DNA of 64,000 nucleotides, taken from Patescibacteria group bacterium. GTDB taxonomy: Bacteria; Patescibacteriota; Patescibacteriia; UBA2591; JAQUPP01. Shown here in pieces: positions 38,781 through 47,312 of this stretch. Location of the stretch: positions 282,860 to 346,859 of the forward strand of contig JAQUPP010000001.1 in the NCBI GenBank assembly GCA_028716665.1, in the 5' to 3' direction. A program made the translations under genes and the position numbers. Position 1 is the stretch's first letter. Every line of letters starts with the position of its first letter. The notes under the pieces were generated by a model. It searched no databases. It was not told the DNA's origin and saw only the letters and a program-made list of their open reading frames with translations.

Positions 38781-39398
38781 ATGAACAAAAAAATTATTTG
38801 GATAATTATAATTGTCGTGGTGATTATTGGCGCAGTTATCGTTATTTTAAATCTTCCCAAAAAATCAACTATTCCTGCCACAGGCCAGGGAGAAAAAACA
38901 ACTCCCGTGGTAGTTCCTGAAGGAACTGTAGCCGCCCCGGAATTAAATCTTTCGCAAATTGTAGAACCGAAAGCGATTGTGCCTGGTGCCAGTCCGGTTA
39001 CCGGAGAAGGAAAAATTTTAACTGATGAAGGAAAAATAGCCAGTCCGGAGGGCGTTGCCCCGGGGGCGAAAGAAACCCCAAAACCATCCGCGCCGATTGA
39101 AGAAAATAAAATTCCTAAATCAGCTTTGACGATAAAAGTGAGCGCTCAAAATGGTTATGAACCTTCTCAATTTCGGGCCAAGGCCGGCCAAGTAGTAACT
39201 CTTTGCTTAGTGGGACTTGATGATAAATCGCATAGTCTTAATTTTCGTCATCCGAGTTTAAGCGGGCTGGTGATTACTATTATTGGAACAGAAACAAGAT
39301 GTCTTACCTTTAATGCGCCGATCGCGGGAACTTATGAATTTGCTTGCAGCAATCCGGATCATTCCAAGGAAGTTGGCCAAATGTTTATTACAGAGTAA
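38781..39398 (+). CDS. Membrane-anchored azurin-like cupredoxin (type-1 copper protein)
   Basis: N-terminal TM, Pro/Glu/Thr-rich linker, copper ligands His ('DKSHSLNF'), Cys/His ('FACSNPDH'), Met ('GQMF'); compare azurin C-x-x-P-G-H. Confidence 0.7.
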   Translation: MNKKIIWIIIIVVVIIGAVIVILNLPKKSTIPATGQGEKTTPVVVPEGTVAAPELNLSQIVEPKAIVPGASPVTGEGKILTDEGKIASPEGVAPGAKETPKPSAPIEENKIPKSALTIKVSAQNGYEPSQFRAKAGQVVTLCLVGLDDKSHSLNFRHPSLSGLVITIIGTETRCLTFNAPIAGTYEFACSNPDHSKEVGQMFITE

Positions 39399-39418
39399 CT
39401 TTAAAGGGTTTTGCCCTT

Positions 39419-41194
39419 ATGATTAAAAAAAATAGTAAAAAATTTAGAATAAAACATTTTTTACTATTTTTTATTTTTATAATTTTAGTTTTGCTTGCGA
39501 TAATTTTGCTTGCCAAAAACGCTCAAGCGCCGGGATTTTTTTATAATACTGAACCGCAGCCGGAAACAAAATCTAACCCTGAGCCTGTCAAAGGGACTAA
39601 CTCTGAGCCCGTCGAAGGGGCGAAAAATTCTCTTTCCGAATATTCTTCGGCCACTTTTAGTGATTCATTCTCGGGCCAGGCTTGGTTGGATACAACTCGG
39701 ACCAATTTATATTTTGATTGGACCAGCCAAAATCTTATTTTCCCGCCGGTTTTAGATACTGAAGAAGTTTCGGCCGGTGATTTTTTAATTAATTTTATTC
39801 CGGAAAAAATCAGTTCTGAAGGTGATTTTGCTCTGTTTGTCGGCACTCACCGCATCAGTCAGAAAAAACAATTGTTGATTTGGCAGATTAAAGAAAATCA
39901 CTGGTCAAAATTTGATGTTTCGACTTTGCTCAACATCAACCCTGAGTCTGCCGAACGGGTTGACTTTTCAACTTTAGGTCTTAGTGATACCGCGTCAATT
40001 CTCGGTTTGGAAAAAATTACTTCATCTTCAAATTGGCTGCTTTTCAGCCAAGACCCTTCAACCAACACTTCGGCCGTGAGCTCAGTGCCAAACGGCTCAG
40101 GGCAAGCCAACAATCTTAAAATTGATATTTTAAAAATTACGGATTCAGAAACAGATCATCCACGGATTGAATTAATAGCTGAAAAATCATGGCCGATTTC
40201 ATCTTTTAAAGATATTCAAATAGAATGCGGCGAAAAAAATTGTTTAATTGCCATCAGCGAGCCGTTAACTATTTTTAAAGTTGACACTAATGGCAGTTTA
40301 ACGACTTTAGAAAATTTGACAAAATCTTTAAAAGAAAATAATCCTGATCAAGTGGTTATTTCTAAGGGATTATCAGCGGAAAATTGGCTGGTGGTTCTAT
40401 CTAAGAAAATTCCGCGTCAGTCCGCGTCAAGTCCGTCTGAGTCCGCGCCTTTGTATCAATATGAGATTAATGAAATTAAAAATGAAACTCTAAATAACAA
40501 AGGTATCACTTTTACGGCCGAATATCCGGGCCGGCCGTCACTTTTAATTTTAAAAAATAAAAACATTTTTCTTTTTTGGGGAAGTTATTTTACTCAGGCC
40601 TATGAAATTACTCCTCAAAATAAACTGATTGATTTATCCGGCGATTTTGGTTGGCGAATTTCAGCCAATAAGCCGTTTCATCTTTATCAACTTTCTCATT
40701 CAATTTACATAAAAAATGAAGACCGTTCCATTATTCGCTGGGGAGGCGGAACCAATGTCAGAATTGATCCGAAATTTTGGTTTACTTTTAATCCCGATTT
40801 TTTAAAAATTATTCCTTATCCTCAAAATCAAGATTCAGGCTATCTTATTGCCGGGGTACCGTCAGGCGGAACAAAAATTTATCAATTTAACGATTTGGGT
40901 TTTGATTTATCCAAACCTCGCCAAATCGTTTCCGCTAAAATTAATTTTTCCGTAACTGAAATTAAAGCGGCTCAAATCACCAATTTACAAGGCAAAATAG
41001 ACAGCGCTCAAACAGAATATTGGCTTTCAAATGATGGCGGAAAAAATTGGGAAAAAGCGGAAATAGGCAAGCCGGTTATTTTTAAGACAGTTGGCAATGA
41101 CCTTCGCTATAAAATTATTTTAACGCCAAATTCCAATGATTCTTATACTGTCCCGGTTTTAAACTCAATCTATCTTTGGTATTGGTATAAATAG
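39419..41194 (+). CDS. Hypothetical membrane-anchored extracellular protein (592 aa)
   Basis: N-terminal TM followed by a large non-repetitive domain; no recognisable motif. Confidence 0.4.
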   Translation: MIKKNSKKFRIKHFLLFFIFIILVLLAIILLAKNAQAPGFFYNTEPQPETKSNPEPVKGTNSEPVEGAKNSLSEYSSATFSDSFSGQAWLDTTRTNLYFDWTSQNLIFPPVLDTEEVSAGDFLINFIPEKISSEGDFALFVGTHRISQKKQLLIWQIKENHWSKFDVSTLLNINPESAERVDFSTLGLSDTASILGLEKITSSSNWLLFSQDPSTNTSAVSSVPNGSGQANNLKIDILKITDSETDHPRIELIAEKSWPISSFKDIQIECGEKNCLIAISEPLTIFKVDTNGSLTTLENLTKSLKENNPDQVVISKGLSAENWLVVLSKKIPRQSASSPSESAPLYQYEINEIKNETLNNKGITFTAEYPGRPSLLILKNKNIFLFWGSYFTQAYEITPQNKLIDLSGDFGWRISANKPFHLYQLSHSIYIKNEDRSIIRWGGGTNVRIDPKFWFTFNPDFLKIIPYPQNQDSGYLIAGVPSGGTKIYQFNDLGFDLSKPRQIVSAKINFSVTEIKAAQITNLQGKIDSAQTEYWLSNDGGKNWEKAEIGKPVIFKTVGNDLRYKIILTPNSNDSYTVPVLNSIYLWYWYK

Positions 41195-41227
41195 AATTTT
41201 CTGATAATTTAAAATTGAAAAATCAAA

Positions 41228-41599
41228 ATGGAAAATGACAATGTAAATTTTAAAAATGAATTCAAAAAACGCCTTTATAACTGGGTTTTAAGATTAATCA
41301 AGTTTATAGACAAGCTTCCCAAAGACTCCGTATGTAATGTCTTGGGAAAACAGCTTCTAAGAAGTGGAACAAGCATTTTGGCAAATTATATTGAGGCAAA
41401 CTCAGCCAGCTCAAAGAAAGATTTTATTAATTTTTTCACTCATTCTTTAAAATCAGCCAATGAATCTAAGGTTTGGCTGACATTATTAAGAGATACTGAC
41501 AAAGGAGATAAAAATGAATTGCAGTGGTCATTAAAAGAACTGATAGAAATAGCCAATATTCTGGCTTCCAGCATTTTAACTCTCAAGGGTAAGAAATAA
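41228..41599 (+). CDS. Four-helix-bundle protein (PF05635 / TIGR02436, '23S rRNA IVS' / Avd-like)
   Basis: 'LRSGTSILANYIEANSASSKKDFINFF' family signature; 123 aa. Confidence 0.7.
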   Translation: MENDNVNFKNEFKKRLYNWVLRLIKFIDKLPKDSVCNVLGKQLLRSGTSILANYIEANSASSKKDFINFFTHSLKSANESKVWLTLLRDTDKGDKNELQWSLKELIEIANILASSILTLKGKK

Positions 41600-41673
41600 T
41601 TTTGACATTTTGAATTGTAATTTTAATTTTTGATATTTACATTTTGCATTTTTTAATTATCCACTTTATATTA

Positions 41674-41702
41674 TTGACCCACCCATAAAAAGGGGATACA
41701 AT
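41674..41702 (+). promoter_or_regulatory. Sigma70-type promoter (TTGACC-N17-TACAAT) for the giant fibre gene
   Basis: Read directly from the sequence. Confidence 0.45.
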
Positions 41703-41751
41703 ATAAGAGTAAAGTTAGTATTTTTAAGTATAAAATTGATTGTTTAAATAT

Positions 41752-44700
41752 ATGAAAAAACAAATATTTTCTTCAAAAATTATTTATTTTTCGATTTTTT
41801 TAATTTTAATTTGTTTTTCTTATTGGGGAGTAGAAAAAGTAAGGGCAGCTGATCCGCTGGACAATGATCAGATTGATATGCTGAAATATTTAGACATGAA
41901 TGAGCACGGGATTTTTAATTTAGCTACTCCGGTAGATGATGATAACGCCGCGACACAAGGATATGTTAAATCAGTAGTTTTAACAAATACTGGTTGGACG
42001 GCTACTGACAGCTATATTTATTTAACTACTATTGGTAATAGCGTCGGTATTGGAACAACAATTCCGGTCGCAAAATTGGAAGTTGCCAATAATTATAGCA
42101 GCACGGCAACGCTACCTTCGGCTAATATTGGTATAGTTGGGCGTAATTATACAGGTTCCGGCGCTGATGTTATTGGTGTCTATGGACAAGGAAAAACCAA
42201 TGACGCTTCTTATAACAGTTATGGCGGTTATTTTTATGGCACTTATAGCAGTAATAGAAATAAAGCGATTGGTATTTATGCTTATGGAAATGATTATGCG
42301 GCTATTTTGGATGGTACTGTCGGAATCGGATCATCAATACCGGCTACAAAATTAGATGTTAATGGCAATATTGCGGCGAATACCTATTATTCTCGTGGTG
42401 ATCCAATCGGTTATTTTCTTAATCCTGCCGCAGGTGGTACGGGTTGGGGATTATATTCCAATGGTTCTGTATATGCTTCTGGAAGTGATGATAATTATTT
42501 TGCCGGAAGCGTCGGAATTGGAATAACAAATCCGGGAGCAAAACTTTCAATCGTAACACCGGATACCAATTATTCAACAATATGGTCTAATAACGGTGGT
42601 GCAAATAATGAATATCTTTCTTTATATCAAACTGTTGATGATTTTATATTTACTTCCAATAAAAATGGTTCAGGAGTTCGTAAGGGTATAGGAATTACTG
42701 CCACAGGTGCGGATAATACCATGCCTAGTGGAATATATTTAAAAACAGACGGTTATGTCGGAATAGGAACAACAATTCCGGGTTTTAATCTTGATGTTTA
42801 TGGTTCAGGGGTTGTGGCATCGCAAATTGTAAGCACTAATAATTATTCAGCTCAATATATTAAAGGTGGTCAGAGCGGAGATGTACGCTGGGGATTATTT
42901 AGCGGATATCCGAATGTGGGAGATTTTACAATCAGAGAGACAGGAGTTGCTGATTATTTGACAGTCAAAAAAACTACCGGCAATGTCGGTATTGGGACGA
43001 CGATTCCAGGCATGGTATTAACAGTTAATACGAGTACTAATGATCAAGGTATTCAAATTCAAGGAGCAGCATCAAATATTAGTCCTGTACTTAAATTCGC
43101 AACTTCGGCAGGTACTGCTTATGCTCGTATTGGTATTGCGGGTGCAGCTGGTAATTTAGCTACAAACAGTGGTCAAAATGATTTAGTTATTAGAACAGAA
43201 GGTACTCAAAAACTTCATCTTGCTCCAGGAGCCGTTATTACTGAAACTTTGCTTTCTACTGGTTATGTCGGCATTGGAACAACAATCCCATCAACAAATC
43301 TTGATGTTAATGGCCAAATAAAAATCAGAGGAGGGGTACCTGGCGCTGGTAAAATTTTAATTTCGGATGCAGTTGGTTTAGCTACTTGGTCTCCTGCCAC
43401 TTCTATCAGCGATGGCGACTGGACAATTTCCGGCAATAATCAATATTCTGCTGTTTCCGGCAACGTCGGTATTGGGACAACGGATCCGACGGCAATTTTA
43501 CAAATTAATAAATCCACTGGCGGTAGTGGACAAAAATGGTTGATTCTTTCTACGACTGGAGCTTCCAGTGAAGGAATGGTTTTTAGAACTGACAATGGTG
43601 ATATTAATCGTATCACGTCTTATGGTGATTTGTATTTAGAATCCAATAATGGTTCAGGTGCTACTTTAGGACTTGATAGTGGTGGTCATTCTAGTTTTGG
43701 AGGTTATGTTTATGCACCCAGTTTGACTGTAGGTGGACTGGACATTACCCCACCGACAGAGGGAGCTATTATTTCCGGCAATGTCGGTATCGGGGTGACG
43801 GATCCAGTTAGTAAATTAGCAATTTTATCCGGAGCGGGTGTTGGCGGAATTTCAATCGGCACTGATGAAACTTATGCTGCTGTAGCTGCTCCCGACGGCG
43901 GAGCAATAATTGAAGGCAATGTCGGTATCGGTTATACAACTGCTTCTATAGATAAATTAAGAGTTAATGGTTCTATTATGTCTACGGGTCCTGCTGGTGG
44001 GAGTCCGTTGCTTACATCGGCTATTAGAATGTCAGTGGAAGGATCCGGAGCTTATGGACAAGTTCAAACTTATAATTCTGTGCCCTTAGTGTTAAACCCC
44101 ACAACTGCGGGCGGTAATGTCGGTATTGGCGTGACAAATCCGGGTAATAAATTAAGTGTTTATGGAGGCACAATAGGTGCTTATAATTTTGACGGAACCG
44201 ATGGTCTATTAATTGAAGGATATAGCGCTTCAGCTAGCGATGATGCAATGATGCAATTTCATACTTCGGGAGCGCTTTATAAAATGGGAATAGATTATTC
44301 TGATGAAGGAAAATTTAAGCTTACTTATGGTAGTGAAGATAATGGACAGACACAAATTGTAATGACTGGCTCCGGTAAGGTTGGAATTGGATTAGCAAAT
44401 CATACTCCGTTATCCAAACTGGACGTGTCGGGTAATATGGCTATTGGTTCTTATGCCGGGGCTAGCGCCGCACCTTCAAATAGTTTAATAGTTAGTGGCA
44501 ATATTGGTATTGGAACAACAGCACCGGGAATAGATTTAGCTATTGGCGATACTGATACCGGTTTAGATTGGGCGAGTGATGGTAATTTAAAAGTAATGAC
44601 TAATAATTCAGAAAGAATAAGAATCGCTTCAGATGGTAAGGTTGGAATTGGAACAACCGGGCCGGTAAATCCACTTCATATTTATTCGTCATCATCTTCT

Positions 44701-45963
44701 GTAATTCCATTGAGAGTTGACGATTATTATTATACTTATTCAATAGGAGCTGGAACTTTTTCATCGCCCAATACAAATGGATGGCAATTATACAAAGCAA
44801 GCTCGGAAACTTATTATGACAGCGTAGTGGGTGGGCATCATTTTTTGACCTCAGGATCTGAAAAAGTTACATTTACGAGTGATGGTAAGCTTGGAATCGG
44901 AACAGCTACGCCAGCAACATATTTAGACATCAAAGGAACACAAGTTGCCGGAAGCTACGGAGATGCCGCAACAGCGATAAAGATTAATATGACAAATGAT
45001 GCTTCATCAATCTATGGTGGAATTGCATGGAAGGACAGCGAAACAGCGGCCGAGACTTGCGGGATTTATCCTATGCGTTCGGGCGGAGTGAATTATTTCG
45101 ATTTTTTAAATACAGGTACAGTTTATATGAGGTTATTAGGCGGAACAGGAACAATCTTGAATGACAACAGCGCTGACTTGGATTTTCGCGTAGAAAGCAA
45201 TGATAACGCAAATATGTTTTTTGTTGATGGTGGGGCAAATACAGTAACAGTAGGATATAACGGATCACTTGGTTCTAAATTTAATGTTTATTCGGCGACA
45301 AATAACACAACACAATTTACCGGTCATCTATTGAATGTCAGAGCAGGAGATGGAACCACTAATACAATTAGTGAAATTGATTTCGGAGTAGCCAATACAG
45401 TAGCACCAGTTATTATCGGAAGTAAAGTTATAGACGGTTCCGGTGCTACAAAGGGAGATTTTTATATCGGGACAAGAGATTCGACAGATGGAGCAACGCT
45501 TCCAACAGAAAGATTAAGAGTAACAACCGCTGGCAAAGTCGGTATCGGGATAACAAATCCGGGACAAGCATTGGATGTTACTGGAACTATTCGCCAATCA
45601 GCTTGTAAAACAGCCGGTACTCTTTCCGCAAATACTTCAGGTGATATTATTTGTACATCTGATGAGCGATTGAAAAATATTTATGGATATTATCAAGGCG
45701 GACTTGCCGCGCTTTCCGCAATTAATCCGATAAAATTTTCTTATAAAGGAGAAGATTTCGTTCATGTGGGATTCTCGGCGCAGAATGTAAAAAGTGTTTT
45801 ACCTGAAGCCAGCGCCTTGCAGGATAGCGGTTATTGGAGCTTGGACGATACATCAATTACGGCATTAACTGTAAATGCCATCAAAGAACAACAAAAAGAA
45901 ATCGAAGATTTGAAAAATGTTGTCTGTCAATTAAAACCCGATGCAGATGTCTGCAATAAGTAA
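41752..45963 (+). CDS. Giant tail-fibre-like surface protein (about 1400 aa) with a C-terminal peptidase-S74 intramolecular-chaperone (autoproteolytic) domain
   Basis: Signal peptide; N-terminal 'IFNLATPVDDDNAATQGYVKS' tail-fibre-like motif; many GNVGIGTT repeats; C-terminal 'CTSDERLKNIYGY...HVGFSAQNVKSVLPEAS...ITALTVNAIKEQQKEIEDLKN' matches the endosialidase-chaperone domain. Confidence 0.75.
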   Translation: MKKQIFSSKIIYFSIFLILICFSYWGVEKVRAADPLDNDQIDMLKYLDMNEHGIFNLATPVDDDNAATQGYVKSVVLTNTGWTATDSYIYLTTIGNSVGIGTTIPVAKLEVANNYSSTATLPSANIGIVGRNYTGSGADVIGVYGQGKTNDASYNSYGGYFYGTYSSNRNKAIGIYAYGNDYAAILDGTVGIGSSIPATKLDVNGNIAANTYYSRGDPIGYFLNPAAGGTGWGLYSNGSVYASGSDDNYFAGSVGIGITNPGAKLSIVTPDTNYSTIWSNNGGANNEYLSLYQTVDDFIFTSNKNGSGVRKGIGITATGADNTMPSGIYLKTDGYVGIGTTIPGFNLDVYGSGVVASQIVSTNNYSAQYIKGGQSGDVRWGLFSGYPNVGDFTIRETGVADYLTVKKTTGNVGIGTTIPGMVLTVNTSTNDQGIQIQGAASNISPVLKFATSAGTAYARIGIAGAAGNLATNSGQNDLVIRTEGTQKLHLAPGAVITETLLSTGYVGIGTTIPSTNLDVNGQIKIRGGVPGAGKILISDAVGLATWSPATSISDGDWTISGNNQYSAVSGNVGIGTTDPTAILQINKSTGGSGQKWLILSTTGASSEGMVFRTDNGDINRITSYGDLYLESNNGSGATLGLDSGGHSSFGGYVYAPSLTVGGLDITPPTEGAIISGNVGIGVTDPVSKLAILSGAGVGGISIGTDETYAAVAAPDGGAIIEGNVGIGYTTASIDKLRVNGSIMSTGPAGGSPLLTSAIRMSVEGSGAYGQVQTYNSVPLVLNPTTAGGNVGIGVTNPGNKLSVYGGTIGAYNFDGTDGLLIEGYSASASDDAMMQFHTSGALYKMGIDYSDEGKFKLTYGSEDNGQTQIVMTGSGKVGIGLANHTPLSKLDVSGNMAIGSYAGASAAPSNSLIVSGNIGIGTTAPGIDLAIGDTDTGLDWASDGNLKVMTNNSERIRIASDGKVGIGTTGPVNPLHIYSSSSSVIPLRVDDYYYTYSIGAGTFSSPNTNGWQLYKASSETYYDSVVGGHHFLTSGSEKVTFTSDGKLGIGTATPATYLDIKGTQVAGSYGDAATAIKINMTNDASSIYGGIAWKDSETAAETCGIYPMRSGGVNYFDFLNTGTVYMRLLGGTGTILNDNSADLDFRVESNDNANMFFVDGGANTVTVGYNGSLGSKFNVYSATNNTTQFTGHLLNVRAGDGTTNTISEIDFGVANTVAPVIIGSKVIDGSGATKGDFYIGTRDSTDGATLPTERLRVTTAGKVGIGITNPGQALDVTGTIRQSACKTAGTLSANTSGDIICTSDERLKNIYGYYQGGLAALSAINPIKFSYKGEDFVHVGFSAQNVKSVLPEASALQDSGYWSLDDTSITALTVNAIKEQQKEIEDLKNVVCQLKPDADVCNK

Positions 45964-46054
45964 TCTATTGATTATTAAAGAATTAACGAGTTATGAAAAT
46001 AAAGAACATAAGCTAATTTCTAATTTTCAATTTCTAATTTCTATTGAATTTTAA

Positions 46055-46433
46055 ATGAATCAATTTTCAAACCCGAAAAACAAGGAATATAATTTAGAAG
46101 AAAGAACAGCCAAATTCAGCGAAGACATAATAGAATTCATAAGAAGCATTAAGAGAGACGATATTAATCGTAATATTATTACTCAATTAGCGCGTGCCAT
46201 AACTTCAATCGGCGCTAATTATTGCGAAGCTAATGCTTCCAGCTCAAAAAAGGATTTTCGCAATAAAATATATATTTGCAAAAAAAGAGGCCAATGAAGC
46301 AAAATATTGGTTAAGGATATTGGCTAAATATCATCCTGAATTGAAAGAAAAAATAAGAATTTTTTGGCAAGAAGCCCATGAATTTCATCTGATTTTTCAG
46401 AAAATTACCAACACCCTGGATAAAAAAGTTTAA
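46055..46433 (+). pseudogene. Four-helix-bundle (PF05635) gene disrupted by a frameshift in an A7 run near 46270 (two overlapping ORFs, 46055-46297 and 46233-46433)
   Basis: 'ITSIGANYCEANASSSKKDFRNK' continues in the +1 frame as 'IYIAKKEANEAKYWLRIL...'; paralogue of the 41228 gene. Confidence 0.6.
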
Positions 46434-46537
46434 AAATTAAAGAATTGAAAATTTAATAAAAATTAAAAATTAGAAATTGAAAATTAATTAAGTATTTATA
46501 ATCCGTTAATTTATAAATTAATAATCTAATTAAAGTT

Positions 46538-47140
46538 ATGAACAAAAAAACAATTTTGACAATCGTCATTATCGTGATACTCGTGGTGGTTGGTATTATT
46601 CTCGTGAAGAATATGCCTGCGCAAAAAACCATTAAAACAACCGTGCCAAAAGAAACGGTTACGCCAGGGACAACTCCAAATGTTGAAACCCCGATCGCTC
46701 CGGTTGAAGGAGCCAAACAAGCCGCGCCTGGGACAAGTTTTGTCACCAAGGAAGGCGAAGTTGTTACTCCGGAAGGAACGCCGGTTAAGCAAGATGCTTT
46801 GCCTGGTGCGCCTGAAGCGCCGAAACAATCAAAATCTTTAACTGAAACAGAAATTCCCGCCGGTTCAGTTCAATTAAACGTAACTGCCAGCGGTTTTACT
46901 CCGAATGAATTTTCCGTCAAAGCCGGTCAAGTTGTCACTTTAACCGTTACTGCCGGTGATGAGAAAACTCACGTTTTTAAATTTGATGACGCCAGTTTAT
47001 CCGCCGTGGCAATCGGTATTGCCGGACACGAAACTCGGGCGATTACTTTTAAAGCACCAGCCAAGGGAGATTATTCTTTCTTTTGTGATGTTCCGGGTCA
47101 TTCCCAGAGAGGCGAGAAAGGCGTGATGCATGTTAAATAG
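46538..47140 (+). CDS. Membrane-anchored azurin-like cupredoxin, paralogue of the 38781 gene
   Basis: 'EKTHVFKF', 'FFCDVPGH', 'GVMHV' ligands; N-terminal TM; conserved 5' region 'attaataatctaatta..atgaacaaaaaaa' shared with 38760-38790. Confidence 0.7.
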   Translation: MNKKTILTIVIIVILVVVGIILVKNMPAQKTIKTTVPKETVTPGTTPNVETPIAPVEGAKQAAPGTSFVTKEGEVVTPEGTPVKQDALPGAPEAPKQSKSLTETEIPAGSVQLNVTASGFTPNEFSVKAGQVVTLTVTAGDEKTHVFKFDDASLSAVAIGIAGHETRAITFKAPAKGDYSFFCDVPGHSQRGEKGVMHVK

Positions 47141-47221
47141 ATTAACGAGTTAACGGATTAATGAATTAAAGAATTTATAACTCGTTAATACGTTAATTCA
47201 TAATTAACAATTTAATTAAAA

Positions 47222-47262
47222 TAGAGGATGAGCTTTTTTAAGCCACATCCTCTATTTAATTT
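47222..47262 (+). terminator. Rho-independent terminator
   Basis: tagaggatg...catcctcta stem followed by TTTAATTT. Confidence 0.6.
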
Positions 47263-47312
47263 GAATTAATTTAAAATCCCTCCACTTGATATTTTGAAGC
47301 GGAGGGATTGTT

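Noticed and set aside
32704-47140. Diversity-generating retroelement (because of the Avd-like four-helix-bundle genes next to giant surface proteins)
   Set aside because: No reverse transcriptase ORF (no YxDD-containing RT) anywhere in the window. The only intragenic near-repeats (34901 versus 37601) differ by all substitution types rather than adenine-specific changes. No template-repeat/variable-repeat pair was found at the fibre gene 3' ends. A DGR elsewhere on the genome cannot be excluded
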